Below are positions 22,801 through 37,800 of a DNA stretch of 64,000 bases, in pieces (within the stretch, counting starts at the first letter, position 1; each line of letters begins with the position of its first letter). The position numbers and the translations under genes are program-made. Under the pieces are notes generated by a model, which saw only the letters and a program-made list of their open reading frames with translations, was not told where the DNA came from and ran no database searches. Source of the stretch: an uncultured bacterium (lineage in GTDB: Bacteria > Omnitrophota > Omnitrophia > Omnitrophales > Aquincolibacteriaceae). The stretch spans positions 46,330 to 110,329 of the forward strand of contig CAZDVO010000002.1 in the NCBI GenBank assembly GCA_964508905.1, given 5' to 3'.

Positions 22801-25800
22801 CATTCGACGCCCCCAAGGCAAAGTCCTCTTCGACAAAACCCGCCCGGTCCCTCAACATCCGTTTATGAGTCGCTTTAAACTTGGCGTCTTTTAGAAGATT
22901 AGGATCCTGCCGCGCCGCCTCGGAAAAGAGGTCCTTATTGTCCTTGGAAGCCACCGCACGCAGAGCCTCCGTGATGGCCATAAGCATGTCCCTTTGAGAA
23001 ACTCGCTTGGAAGCAGCCTCAATCAGATGGGGAACATCCAATGTGGCGCCACCTTCAGCGGGAAGGAGTAGCTTCTTATTCAACTCGAGCCATTCTTCAG
23101 GCTTCAGATTTTCATTTTCGGCTTTGAGCCTCTCAGCTTCCTTTTTGACCGCATCGATGTCTGCAAAACCCGCCTGAACAATAAAGGCTGCCTGACGAAC
23201 GGCATTATTGTCATCAACAATGCTCTGGAGGTATCCCGCCCGTTCCAGCAGCATATCCCGCGCAACCGGGGAAACTCTAGCGCGGGCCAAAAGCGCCGCC
23301 TCGGGGTCCCCGGGAAGAATCTTCGCGAGGATGGCCTGATCCGTTGCCACAAGCCCCTTGAACAGGGCCCGGCTCTTCAGCACCTCAAGAGCAAGGAGAC
23401 CATTGAGGGGCCCCTTGGCCTGGAGGCGCGCAAGGAGCTTCGGATCGCCGTTCGCTTCAAGACTGAGGCGGATCGAGCTTTCTTCCAGCAACCGGTTGAG
23501 CTGCCGGAACAAAAAGCCGGAAAACACAAGAACCCTCGTGAAATAGGCACCAAACGGAAGTCCCGGTCGTGGCCGAACCATTTCCGCCGCGACCATGGTC
23601 AAAATAGTGTACTTTCCGAACATACGAACAAGTCCAGCAACCATTGAATTAAAAATAATCGTCCAGAATCCCGCCGCGTGGATCTTCGCTCCCATTTCCC
23701 AGAAAGCGGTCGAATGGTCCGTTTCATACCCGGTATTGAGCTGGGCCATCCCGACATCGGGCCGCCTGCTAAGCATGCGGATCAGGAACAGCATGATCCC
23801 GGCCGAAACATAGTTGCCGCCATCCAGCGTCGTCGTATGAAGCACCTGCGGCTCAAAAATATCCTTGCCGGTGACTTCATCCGTTTTGACCGCGGGCAGA
23901 TACTGGCCGAGCATCTGCGGGTCATCACGCAGCGACTGGCTATAAGGGACAAACGCGTTCCCCTCTCCAGGCTTGGCCATGCCGTTAAAGAACGGGATGT
24001 TATCAAACGGAAGATGCAGTTTAAGGACATTCGCCGGAAGCGGATTCCCGTGTTTGTCAGTCCCTCTCGTTTCGACCTGCTCCAGAACATAACTGGATCC
24101 AAGCAGGATCGTCCTTCCGAAGATGGTGACCTGATAATGCAGTTTGTTGATATCAACCCCGCGATTCGAGATCTGCCCGAGTTTCCGGCCCGCCAAACCG
24201 TCCTCACCATATCCCGTAAAGGCCCCCATCAAAAGGACGTTAGCGACCGGCTTGCGACCCGCACCGCGGTATATGACTTGCAACCGCTCGTATCCCGGAT
24301 GCACGCTCTTGTCAGCCTTATCCGTATATTCCAGCAACTCCCAATAAAGCTCCATACGGGCCTGCATTTTCTGGAAGAACTGTTCCATCGTCCCTCCGCC
24401 GGGCTCCTTGGCACCTTTGGTCTCAGCATAACTCCCCTTAACCTCGGGCCCGTTAGCCAACAGGATCGAGCGCTGGCTCTTGAAATTATTCCCGATCAGC
24501 TGGCGAACCATGGCTTCGACCGTCTCATTGATCTCGCGGCTGTCAAGACGCCACGCCTCAAACATAATATGTTTTTTGCCCTTGGGCATGTGCCCCGACA
24601 TATAGCCATTGATATCTTTGTATTGGAGAGTAGGATCGGCTTTAAGATCGACAATGGTCTCCGCAACAGCCTTTACCTCCTTGGCTTTTTTGGCTTTCTC
24701 CGCAGCTGTCAGATCGCCGTACATCCCGGTCTCAACTCGTCCATTTAATATCGCCGCCTCTATACTCTCTACCTGCTTAAGCACTTTCCCCGCGCCTTCC
24801 GAATCACCCGCCAAGTCCAGCCATTTCGCGTTTTCCTGAAGTTTAATAATCCGGTTCTTTTCTTTTCTGTAGTCCGCATATCCCGGCATGTCAAAGATCA
24901 GCCTGGCTCGGTTCATAACCTCATTAACCTTCTTATCCGAAAAATCTTTCTCTTCTTTTTCCGTTGGCGTGTCATACATAACACCACCGGATTTGTCTAT
25001 GTGAGAGAGAGTGATCATCGCTATCCAAACCACCATCGCAACGATGAACGCGGGCTGTGCGACAAGAAAACCGCCAATAGCGGTCAGAATCGCCGGTTTT
25101 GCCACCGCTGCAACAAAGCCCGCCATTGCCAAAAGAAATGTCAGGGGTTTCCACCCGGCCGTCAAATAAGCGATTGGATTATAAGCCCACTGCTTGAAGA
25201 GCGGGACATGCCAAACAACATACAAAGCTACAAATATGGGCACAGCCGCGACAGCATAGGGAGAGAGAGCCGCTAAGGACCAACCGATCATCAGAAAGGC
25301 CAGAAAATCGCGGAGAAACTCGTACGTCGCAAGACGCATCAGCGACAGTTTGGAACCTTTTTCGATCGTCCGGAGCGTCTGCGGTGAATGAGCAACGTCG
25401 TACCGAGCCGTGGTAACAGGAGTGGCGGAGCCCACCCCGGGGACCGCTTTTGCCGCCGTCATCGCCTGCTTTACCGACGCAAGATCCTGCTCCAAAGCCT
25501 TGAACTGATGCTCAACAGTCACGAGTTCGGCGGCAATTTCCGCGTCAGTCATTTTACTGAGTTCTGACCGTGCTTCCGAACGGCTAACAGCATTACGGCG
25601 TTTCTGCTGTTCCTTGATAAGTTCTTCGCGTTTGCTAAGAAGAGCGTCTTGGCGCTCAACGATTTCCGTTTTTTTTCGTTTAAGCCCGTTTTGTCTTCCA
25701 TAAACCGGCGACTGGAACCTGCGCTTGAGATAATTCTTCATGGCGAAGAAAGCCGCCAGAACAAAGGCAATCCAGGAGATGTTCCAGAGAGGCGCCTTCG

Positions 25801-28800
25801 AATCCTTGATACCCAAAGCTTTCGAAACGGGAGATTCCTGGCCGTCAAAATTGAACAAATGTGAGAGCATAACGCCGGAAACCCCGTAACCAGGAAAACG
25901 ATAGTCATGCACCTGAAAAGCCGGTATCCGCAAGCCGGAGATTAAATGCGTCATCGCGGAATCAGGCACAGGAGCATACTTATCGATAAGCAATTCATCG
26001 CTGCGGCGGCTAGCGCCGGCGTAGTGGCCATTCACCTGAGCATCAGCACGAAGAAGGTCTTTGCCTTCCTCCTTCACTTTGGGGAAGAGCAACTCAAAGA
26101 GGCCGATCCTCTTGACGGGATCGGGATTTTCCATATCCAGAACCAGAAGGATCGTCAGCGGTGAAACTTCGTGAGGCTTCGGAAGATCCTTGCTCTGGAG
26201 CCCGTCTTTTTTGGCTTTGGCATTCACATCGACAAGTGATTGATAACGCTGAAGGGCAAGACCGTTGAGCTCCTTGAGATCAAGCGGCGTCAGGGCTCCC
26301 GATTTAAGCATCTCCTCAATACGCCGTTCAATTTTTTCCCTGGCATCGTCAAATGCCGCGGCATCAAGCGCCTTGAGCATTTTTTCGCGCGTCGGTTCAG
26401 ATTCAAGCGTGGCACGATTACTTCCGGCCGGCGTGGCCGCATCACGTTTACTTCCGGTCGGCGTGGCCGCATAAGGTCCGCTATCCGTTCCACGATCAAA
26501 GATCCAGCCTATGGTGCCATTGATCACAGCGAGAGCATCCATCGATGACTTGTCCTGAACGCGCTGGGGACTCGCAGCCAGCCCAAGGTTCCACAAGCTG
26601 TCAGCCTCATAGAGGATCTTTTCCATATCGGGGTCTTTGGCACCCGAAACCAAGACGGCTGTCTTGAGATTCGAAGCCGCTGCAAACCAGGCACTCAGGG
26701 ATCCCGTCGAGACATCCCGGTCCAGGACGCTTTCAGCGATACGCTTGATCTCCCGTTCTCTCTTCAACACGTCATCGGAATAAACATTTAGTTCGGAAAA
26801 CTTTTCCCGGATCACATTTTCGTTCGTCTGAACGCCTTCGAAATCTTTCAGCTGATATTTAACAGTTCCGGCAAGGGCCTCGGTATCAAGAGTCTCCAGC
26901 GTTGTTTTCACTCCCCCGGCATTTCTGTTCACCGCAAAAAGAAGTCCGGCTTCCGCACGTTCGAGGATCTCCCGAGAGCGATAGCGAAGCTTGGCCTTAA
27001 GGTCCTTGGCCTTCAGGTTCTTATCCTTCAGGTCCGAATCCTTCAGGCGATCGATGTCCTTGCCTTCCAGCCCATGGCCCTTTAGAAGCTCGGGCAAAAT
27101 GTAATGGTCCATCAGCAATATCTCTCGAGCCGTATAGCCGTTTCGGATCATCTGGCTGGCCACAACGGCTTTCTCCGTAGAGCGGAACGGGGTCAGACCT
27201 TTAACCTTTGAGGAGATTTCTGCCCAGGATGTTTCGACTTCTTTCATGGCATCTTTGTGAACCGGTTCGTAGTTCTTCCCGGCATATTTTTTGGCATACT
27301 CGGCAACCCGGGTCTTTCGTTCCGACTGGATATTCTTACGAGACATTTCCAAGTCTTCCCGTGATGCTGCGTTTTCCTTCACGGAAAGCGTCTGAAGTTC
27401 CGCTTTCATGCGAATAAACTCCTCGGCCCAAGCGTTCATATAAACCTTGAACTGAGCCTGCACCTCCGTCTTATCGAGCAAGGCGGCATCCTTTGAGGCT
27501 CCGTAAACAGCTCGTCGAAAAGCATTCCGGGCCTTTTCGGATCCGATCATAAATTCATCCCGAATCGCGGATATCGCTTCTCCGCTCACCGCAACATTCT
27601 TTCCGTCAAACGTAATATTCTTCAGCTGATGGTCGAGCCGGGCGATCTTTTCCACAAACCAGAGTGTGCGCAAAACCTCTTTGGCGGCGGGAATCCCAAG
27701 GTCGTCGTCCCCGATATCCGTACGGTACACCGTCCTGTAAGCGCTACGGACCCAGCGGACATCATTCAGATCCACGGGAACCCGCGAAGTGTCGGAAAGT
27801 TCAACCGTCAGAGGCCTGCCGTCGGCGCCAGTAACCTCGCCGAGCACACGCAGATCGGCGTCCCAAAACTGCTGTGAGCCATACTTCTGCAGCAAATAAT
27901 TATTGCGGCCTTTCTCCAAACGGGACCATTGCGGCAGATTCTGGATAAGGCTGGTTTCCGTCTTGTAGACGGGGATGACATCACTGCCATCCCGCTCGCT
28001 CTGGATCAACGCATCAAGAACTTCATTAGGCGGGAAACGCCCCTGAGACTGATAGATCACGGCATCCATCACCGCGGCGTCTTTGATCCACTTATAAAGA
28101 TAATCCGGCGTGCTTTCGGGCGTCATTTCAAAATGGGGCGCGCCAAGCTCCTGAGCCTCCAAAATACGCGATATCTTTCCAAAGATCTTCTCGGTAGCCC
28201 AGCCTTTGTGGTTGGCCTTAACCCATTCCTCATCGACCGGCTTCCAGGCATCTCCGTTCAACATGCGTCCGTATTTATTCATCTGATCTTTGACCAGAGT
28301 AATGCGATCGTTGGCCCCCTCATACGGATTCCCGTTGATCGTCTTGCCGTTCAGAGCCGCTTCCGCCAAACCGTAGAGCTTCAGGAGATGACCGGTGCGC
28401 AACATAGGCTTAAGCTTTTCTTCTTCCTGGGTTTTCCGCACAGCTTCGCTCACGGGCTGTTCCGTCGCCGCATTTCGCTCATTTTGCTCACGAAGGATCT
28501 TCTGCTCCTCCAGCATCACCACGCGTGAGAAAGCCGCAAGTTCCCCGGGATTCAGCGCCTGTGTCCGGTAGAGCATATTCGCCGCTTGAAGGAACATTTC
28601 GATCTCCACGCGACGCGAAACCTCCTTGATAACAGGCTGGGTATTCTTCAGATCGATCCCGCCAGGAGTCAGGAGAAAACCAGCAACCCATGTCTTTGCA
28701 TCATTCAAAGCATACGGAATCTCCGATATTTCAGCGATCTTATCCATGAGCTGCCGCTTCTCAGACGGCAACATCCAGAAAGCTACGGGAAAACGCCCCT

Positions 28801-31800
28801 TTAAAGATTGCCCAGCCACTTTCCTTGAATCCAAAACCTTGCTGACAAGGCTGTAATAGATCTCAGGGGTCAAAGCCTCTCCCAATCCCGACTTGGCCTT
28901 CAAGTCCTCAAGGGCTTCATCCTCCGCCCCCAGATCATCCGACTTAACACTAATCTCCGGGGACATCCCGTCGGCTCTGCTTACTTTGTAAATTTTTTCC
29001 CGCCGGCTAAGGATCAAATCCGCTTCTTTCAAATTTTCGGCGATGGTTTTAGATCGATCGATTCTTCCCGAATCGCCCAAAAACACAGCCAATTCTTTAG
29101 CGAGCGAAGTGCGATCCCCTATTTTAGAAACGAGACTTTTGGCGAGGTATTCATCCCTATTCGTTTCAGTCAAATAGTTGTCCAACATCGTCTTCGCCTG
29201 AGGGGTCCGCATGACGGCAAAAAGCATCCATACCTTGTCCGAATCCTTGAGGTTCCCTTTTTCGTCGAACATTTCACCCAGCAGAACGTCCCCGGAAATC
29301 AAGGCTTGCGATACAGACAACAAAAATCCGATATCTTCACCCTTCCGGAGCATTTCAGCAGAACGCTCCCCTTTTAAATCAAAAACCACACCCAGATTCT
29401 TCAAAGCATCATTCATTCGGCTTGCAACTTCGAGTCGACCCATTAATAGCTCCTGGCGTTTCTCGGGGGTCTTTTTTTCTGTTTCTGCCCAATCATCCTC
29501 ATTGTCGAAGCCGCCTGCCGCATGCATGTACTGAGATTGTATATCTCCCTGAATAAAGGTAGCCATGCTACGAAGCATCCCCATATCGGAGGGACTCCCG
29601 TCGTTAAGCGGACCGACGAGCTGTTCCACTGCGAAGCGAATATCCTTCATGATCACCGCCAACCCAACGATCCGGGCAATACGTCCTTCCGCGATCTGGC
29701 CGTTGACGCTCATATAACGCTTGTCGCCAGTCTTCCCCAGAAAAAGATCCTGGTCGGCTTTGATCTTGTTCCGGATCTGCTGCAGGTTGGCCAGCTCGGC
29801 TCTTTTCTCACGCAACTGGGCCGAAGGCACACGACTCTCACCTTTCAAGCCTCTTGTCTCACCGGATTGCGGCAAATTCGGCTTATTGGAAACGGCAGCC
29901 TCAACAGCCTTCGCCGAAGCGCCCACCAGTCCTTGCGTGGCCAAGGCCGGGACCGTATCCCCGTAAGCGTTCAGACCGAACACCAGATTCCCAGCAAACG
30001 AGGAGGCCACGGCGAGGATGTCCGTGAACTTATCCCATGCCGAGGTTTTCACGGGTTCAGACTTAAGCGGAACAACAGGCTCCGAAACTTTCGCGGGCTC
30101 TTCCTGCACAGAAGTTTCCGGAACAGCTCTTTCAGCTTCCGCTTCTAAGGCCTTGATATCCTTTTGAAGAGCCTCAATCGCCTTGTCAATTTTCTCTGCA
30201 GGATCGATCTCGCCAAGATACTCCATGGCGCTCGACATCAGGCTCCCGACGCCCAAACCGCGTTCGGGTACCGCCGTATATTTGGAATCCTTGAGTTTTA
30301 TCGTGATCCCTTTTTCCGCAAACCGGTCTTTCAGCACTTTCATAATATGGAGGCGTTTTTGCATGCGCTCAAGCCGCTCTTTCTTCGGGGTATCCTGCCA
30401 CTTCTGCCAATGTTCCGCATCCTCAAATCCACCGGCCCCCGGCTGATACTTCGGCTGAATATCGCCCTGAACCGAAGCGGCCCAGAGCCTCAGCATACTG
30501 ACATCATTCGGGTTATCGTTGCTCAGGGTCCCAAGGAGCGCCGTCGCGGACGGGCGAAGGTCCGACATGATCTGCCATAATTCCACCAAATGCTGGATCT
30601 TTTTATCTTCCGGTAAGGAATTGAAAAGCTTGTAATCGGCAACCCGCTTCGCGTTAGCATCTTCGTAACGCTGAAGCTCGGCCTTCTTCGCATCCAGACG
30701 CCCCTGAATCTCCGGCTTTTTCTCGTCAGAAACACGCGTCAGCTCTTCGCCAAGGAGATCTATCTCTTTTTGGATAGCTCCCATATATTGCTTGATCGCG
30801 GGATCAATCTCATCGCCGGTCTCTCCAAGGATTTCCATGGCAAGCCCTGAAACAATTCCGCGGATATTACGGTCATCGTTGTATTTCTCCCGGGGCGTTG
30901 CTTTATAGCCCTCGGGCTTGTGCGCAAGTTCAGAGATCGACTTCACCAGTTCGGGTTTTCCCCTTAACTCGTTCTCGAGCCTGAGGCGATCCTCTGTCAA
31001 GCTAAGACGGCCTTTAATAACCTCACCGGTTTTGGGATCAATCGTATCTTCGATCGACTTGGCGAGCCATTTGTCGCGATTCTCACCAGCATCATGCCCC
31101 GCGCCATAAAGGACGTCATTAACGTAGGAAACCGCCATGGAATTAAAAAGACCTTCCATCACCGCTTCTCGAACCGCCTTCATGCGGATTTGGATACTTT
31201 CAAGAGTGGCCACCCCTCCTGTCACAGGATCTTTGATCCCACCCGACCGCGTGCTCTTCAATATCTCAGGCAGAGCTTTCATCAAGCGGCTGTGTTCCGC
31301 GACAGACATCTCCTGCGGCGGGTTCGATAGCCAGGAGCGAACATCCTTAATCAACACGAGGCGCTTGGTATCTGGATCGACGCCATAATCCTCCTGCTTC
31401 TGGCCCGCGAGGGCTTTTAATCGAAGATAAACGGTATCCTTGATATCTTCTTCCTTCGGGCGCAAATGTTCCGACTGACTGATCTTAAAAGCAAACCGGG
31501 CCGTCAAATAAGCGCTTTGTTCCATCAACTTGTCATGATCCGACACCTTCGCCTTGGCTGCGTTATAAGCCTCTCGTTCCTGAGGGGTGGCGTTCGCCGA
31601 AAGTTCTGCGGGCAATACGGGCCGAGGATGAGCAAGGATATTCGCAATATTCTGCGCCATGATATAGGCCATATACTGAGGATCGTCGACCGGGATCTCC
31701 CGCGGGATCACCTCACCCGTTCCCTTATCATAGCGACCCAGCGAAATAGACAAGTATTTGGCGGCATCCTGCCACCCTGTGACCCAAGTATCTTTATTGA

Positions 31801-34800
31801 TCTCGTGCCCCACCACCCCCGAAAAAACGTTATTCAGATTGAATTCAGGAGCCACGCGAACAAACGCTCGGCGGTGTTCCGCATCATTCAAGATCTGATC
31901 AAATCCCAACGGGTTCCCATTTTTATCCTTGACCGACTCGCCTCCAAATGCCCGATAGAGAACGAGCGTCAGTGCTTCAGCCCCTTCCACAGGACTGCGC
32001 AAAGAATAAGAGTCTTGAGGACGATGCCGGTAACGTTCAAGTGCTTTCATGGCATCCGGAAGATCTCGAGCGATCGATTCCGTGATCCGAGCGCGATCCC
32101 CCGGTTCACCGCGCGTCATCGAAATGTGACCGAGATCATTGACAAAAAGCGCAAAAGCCAGCTTGTTAAAGTCAACCCCACTGTCTTGCAAAAGCTTGGA
32201 GCCCTCGGGGCCGATCATAAAACACTGTCCAAAAAGATTGCCCCATGTTTCCTCTCCAAGACCGACTTCCATAAAACCTGTCCGGTCAAAGGCTTTATTA
32301 TCTTCAAGATCCTTGTAGGCGGCGGCGATCTCTTCGATCCAGGCCGGGACATCCTTGCGTCCGTAACGGCCCGCAACCCGTTCAAAGATGCGGGTCAGAA
32401 GCTTTCGAGCGTTTGCCTGTTCAAGTTCCAGCCCAGCCTTCTCTTCGGGACTCAGGAGACCCGTCACAGGCACTTTGCTTCCAAGAGCCGCGATCAGCTT
32501 ATCCAAAGCCTGATTCGTTCTCGCATTCTTCGTCGGGGTTTCTTTTTCCAATCCCTCATCAATCGCAAAGGTCGCGGAGCGGGTCCCAGTCCCTTTGATC
32601 ACCGGCAACACAGGTTTTTCACTCGCCAGATATTTGGCCTCGATGTCGTCCCCTTCGGTTTCATCTTCGAGCCAACTCGGGATCGCGTCAGCGAGAAGCT
32701 CCACCATATCTTTTTTACCAGCGGTATAGTCGAGCTTGATCCCATTCGCTGCGGCCGATTCGATCAGCTTCCGGCTGGCATTCCAGTACGCGTAGACCGC
32801 CGATTCATACGCATCAAGTTCATTCATATAACGAAACGCGAGATCGATCTCGGCATCGACGTACCCAAATTGACGGCTTCTCTGCAACGCGAGGTGATAG
32901 GACTCCGCCGCGGACTCCAGACTTTCTCTCCGCTTCGCGACTTCCTTTTCAAGGTCTTCCCGATCAGCCAGAAAATCCTCAAGCTCATTCCGAAGGTCCT
33001 GATTCGCCTGTTTTGCGAAAAGCTTTTCGATGCCCTCCCGGTTCGACCAGAACTTCTTGATCGCGCTTAGATGAGAATCATAAAGCGTGTAGGTTGCGCC
33101 GACTCCCAAATACGGCTCTCCCTCCGAAAGATCCGACTGATACGGTGCGTGGCTGAATCCAAATTTCACAAAGCTTCCCAGTCGATCCTGCCCCAGCATC
33201 TTGACGAATTCCTTATTGAGAAGGGTCCTCAAATTCGCGCGAGTAGCCTCATCCGATTGGAGAGCCTCCAGGTTCCCAGCCTTCGAGAGATCCACACCCT
33301 CGACCACTTCAAAAGAGATGTCAGCCTCTCCCGCCGTTTTTTTCAAAGCTTTCAGATCGTCCTTGATGCTGGCGTTCTCGATCCTCAACAACTGGTCGAT
33401 CCCCTCGATCATCTTCTGACGTTTTTCTTCATCGCTGGAAAGACCTTTGACCTCACTCCAGAGTTTTCCGATCGCCTCGATAGCGGCATTGCCGGTTTCC
33501 ATAGACTCGATCCGGCTCAACCGGCTCAGACTCTCCCCCTTCACACCATGTTCGACGCGAGCCGTTCCGAGGATATCCTCAAGGCCTTGAGGGGCCAGCG
33601 TCTTTGCCGCAAGGATCTTTTTGAACCGGTTCATCACACGCATATGGCTGATGGCCGCGACAACACCCCGAGTCTGTTCCGAAACCGCAAGTTCAGACCC
33701 CTTTTTGTCTGTCCCGGCTTCACTCTCCTTGTACTGCATCATAAGCATAAAGGTCTTTTTAGGGGTCCCGAGAATTGACGAGGTGGTAAAGTTCACGACA
33801 GCAAAGCGATTCCCGTCGGAACCCGGAAGCCCGCTCGGAGCGTTCAGAAATTGATTAACGACCCCGAAATCCCGGTAGAACGGAGACTGGGCCAGAGAGG
33901 CGGCAGACGTGTACGGGGAGGTCCCGAAGGTCGATTGTTTCAGCATCGTCCCCACCAAGGTGTTCAAGCTGGCGATCTGAGCGCTGTAGCTCTCCCGGCC
34001 GATCTCGCTTAGCTGATCCCGAATAAGCGCCGCTGATTCATTTTGTTTGTTCGCCGAAGCGGTATAAAAGGCCCCGGAACGCATTTGACGAGGAGAAAAA
34101 CCACGGCTCAAAAGGGACGCTTCGAGTTCCCTTATCGAATTCGCATCCGCGCGAATACGCGCGTCAAGCTGTTCAACGTTCAACGCATAGATCTCATCAG
34201 TGGTCCTGTCATTTCCAAGCACCGAACGAAGGCGGGACACGATACTCCGTAAGGCTCCGGGGGTGGGTTCATAGCGGTCCCGCCACTCCACGAACTGCTG
34301 CTTGATATCTTCATACAGCTTGATCCGAGAATCCAAAACCCCTAATTTCCCTCGGAGCGCCAAGGTATCCTGGTTTTCTTTAACCTGGGCCTTTGCGCGA
34401 TCCATGATCCCGCGGGAACCTTCAGCAAGAAGAAAAGCAGCATTGCGCCGCGCGTCGTCACTCGGCCCCGCAAAAAGACGCTTCAGATGGCTAAAAATCC
34501 CTCCAAAACCGAGCGTCGTGCTCTTCCCGGAAGAAGTCCCTCCGGATTTCTGATAGGAAAATCCCCCCCGAATATTGAGAGGTTCTTTATTCAGGCTCCA
34601 AGCTTTTTCAACGTTCAAAAACGCCGAGTGGATCGCGGTGATCCTGCCCGTATAGCCCAAAACCGATGTTCCTTCCGGCCCGATCAGATCCAGAAGCTGT
34701 CGGATACCCTCGTACCAGCTATCGCGGGATTCGTAGGACCAAAGGTTGAACATCTTCTCAAGGAGATATTCGGACGTCAGATAGCCCTCAGTGGCCCCCA

Positions 34801-37800
34801 CAAGATCTTCAAGCAAGTCCCGCATGGCATCGCGCTGATCCGTCTTCGCCATTTTCCCTTCAGCGTTGAGCGCCGCTACTTTGGAAAGATACATCGCCTT
34901 ATACCGGGCATTCGAAAAACGCTCGCGCGTTCCTTTAAGCTGCTTGACGGCTTGTTCACGCTTCGCAACGGCCTGGGCCTTCTCGGCAAGATCAGCCGCC
35001 CGATCGGCCCATTTTTTCTCTTCCTGCTTGTTCTTGAAAACCGACGGCTTCTTGGCGTTAAACGCCGCCTGTTCCCTATCAAAATCAGACTTTTCCTTAG
35101 CGAACGCCTTTTCTTTGTCGGCAAGAACCTCATCCATCCCGGGAAGAAAGTTCTCAATGATCTTCGTCATGGATTCAAGGTCGGCCTCCGCGGTATCAAG
35201 AAAAACCCCGTTCGCATCCAGATAACGGAAATAGGGATTGGTAAGTTTCTTCAGCTCCGCCTGGTAATCCGGCTCGTTTAAGTGAGTTTCCACCTCCGCG
35301 CGAGCGATATCGATCGCAACAGGATGAAGATCGCTGCTTGAAAGTTTATTGAGTAACAGCTGAGCCTTGGCCCGGTTATCCTTCGTCGCAGACAACGCGA
35401 TCTTTTGCTCCAAAAGCTTGCCCGCGGTTCCGGCTAATTCAACCCATAGTTTTTCTTCGATCAGCGGCGCCAAACGCGGCTGCAACGCCGCCACACTATC
35501 CACATTCCCCTTTTGAACTTCGGCAAGGAGACGCACCGTTTCAGAGTCCACACCCAGTTTTGTCAGTTCCCCCACATTCCCCTGTTGAATTTCAGCAAGA
35601 ATACGATGCGCGCTGGCATCCACACGATGATCCCGCTCCGCCAGACGGATCGCGACTTTATGAGCGACCTCTTCGAGCATTTTTTGGGAAGTCTGAACAT
35701 TTCGTTGAAGACCCGCGATCTGTCCTTCAAGAAACCCAAGTTGTTCAATGATCTGCTGAAGCTGTTGCTGCGCACGATTCGTAACATCCCGGAGATAGCT
35801 TGCCGAGCGACCCTCAGCCGCAGCCTTGGAATATTCCGCCGCACTCTGCGTAAAGCTCAAGACGAGAACATCGAGACCGATCCCGCCGTTGACAACAAAC
35901 GAGGTGGCCCCGGGATTTTTCGCCGAAAAACCGAAACCCGCATTCAAATAAGCGGAAAGCCGGACCCATTCCTGATACACCTGGTCCAGTTTATCCGCCA
36001 AGGCTTTATAGCGAGACGCAACCAACAGGCCACTGTTCTTCAGCATTTCATGGGCAAAGGCGGCCTTTCGAAGCGATTGACCTTCCTCGTCCTTCGCGAC
36101 GGCAGCCTCGCCAATATAACTTTGATACACCGCATCCGCTTGATCGTTAAGTTCGGTCGTCCACTGAGAATGCCCCCTAGCGATCGCCTCGCGGAACTGC
36201 CGTCCGGTCACGTCAAAACCGACTTCACCGGCGAGCTTTTGATCGTTTTCCGCGAGCGCCGTCATTTGTCCCTGGATCGCATCGAGCGTCGTCAAGAGAT
36301 CCTTCTCGGCATCCTGCAATTTCTGCAGCTCACCTTTGGCAGACTCGATCTGATCGGTAAGCAGAAGATATTTATCCGCCGCGGAAATGGGATCCATATC
36401 ACGCTGGGATTCCCTGCTCCGGCTGTTCAAAAGCGCATCGGCCACTAGCACATCCACCTGCGCTTGCGCCTCGAGATTCTTGACATGCTGTTGCAAGGAG
36501 CGGAGTTCATAAAGCTTCGAGATCCCGTCATGCATCATATCTGCCAAACGATGCATCACATTCGTCTTAGCCGCTATCACATCCGCCTGATTTTTCTTAT
36601 CCAACTGATAGTCTCTCGAGGACCAGGCAGTTTCCAGCGCAAAGATATTCAGTTGCGCCGTCAAGCCACTCTCGGTCCCTAACGCCAGATTGACTTCAGG
36701 GATCGTAAGACTCCACCGCGCGCCCGGGACCGTGTCTAATTCAGCCTCGCGGCGTTGAATGTAGTATTTCATTTGTTCGAGCAGGGCCTTTGCGCCGGCA
36801 TCCGCCCTCTCGGCATAAAGTCCCAGTGAACGGATCTTTTCAAAATCCATCGTCTTGACAAATGTCTGATAATCAGAATTCGCCATCCATTTGGAAACAT
36901 CTTTGCCCATCAAGCCAACAAGGTGACGGGCATGATAATTACGCGCTTTAATGAGGGCGTCCTCTTCAATCTCTATATTCTTCAAGGAATCATCGAGTTG
37001 GCGTTTTAACACCGGGACAGAAGCGTGGTAGGCACCTAGAGCCTGCTGACGTTTTTGGAGAATACCGTGATAGCGAGCCTTGGTCTGACTGATCTTCGCA
37101 AGCCGCGCGTTGATCGAAGCGATCTCTTCGAGGCTAAAAACTTTTTGTTTGATCAGCTGGACAAAAGCAATCCGGCTATCTCGACGTTTTTGTCCTTCTT
37201 CCGCGGCCAACCGCTGATCCTGCTTGAGAATATCACTCCCCGTTCGCAGTCCGGCGCTCACACTACCCTCAAGAGCATTGTAACGATTCGAAGACGAAAC
37301 GGTCGTTGTCGTACTCGTTTCCGTGTAGGTGTAATCCTCTAATTGAGTAAGGCCTGAACCATCGCCAATATCAACCTCTCTCTCCCCCGTTTTTTCTTCC
37401 GTTGAGGTCGAAGTCGTTTTTGTCTGATTTTTGTGCGAAGTCAAAACAGCATTGAATCCAGCCCCGACAAAGGCATTGAACTTTTTATAGTCAGACGAAT
37501 ATTGCGCGGCAAGATCGGCATCGCGATCCAGGGCCAGCACGGACGGACGCTGATAGGTCTCATCAAAAAGCGCCATTCCGACATTAAAACCCGAGGGAAC
37601 TTCCGGCGTCACCTTCCCTTCGATCACCGCATCTTCAGTTTTCGTCGAGGCGCCCTTGCTCATCAAGGTCTCAAAATTTTCAGCCGCTTGATCCGCCGCT
37701 TCTTTAGCCGTCGTCTCACCGAGCCCGACGGTTCCCGAAGTAGATATATCAGCAAGAAGGGGCTCCATCGGCGCTATCGCGGCTTCTCCCGCAGGTTTGA

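Noticed and set aside
21167-22894. 575-aa plus-strand ORF (and similar long plus-strand ORFs at 31466-33070, 33071-33778, 2490-3395, 6830-7570, 49902-51020, 62491-63459)
   Set aside because: Each lies entirely antisense to a well-supported minus-strand gene with recognisable motifs. The translations are Arg/Pro/His-rich with no motifs, which is typical of shadow ORFs in a ~60% GC genome with high GC3.
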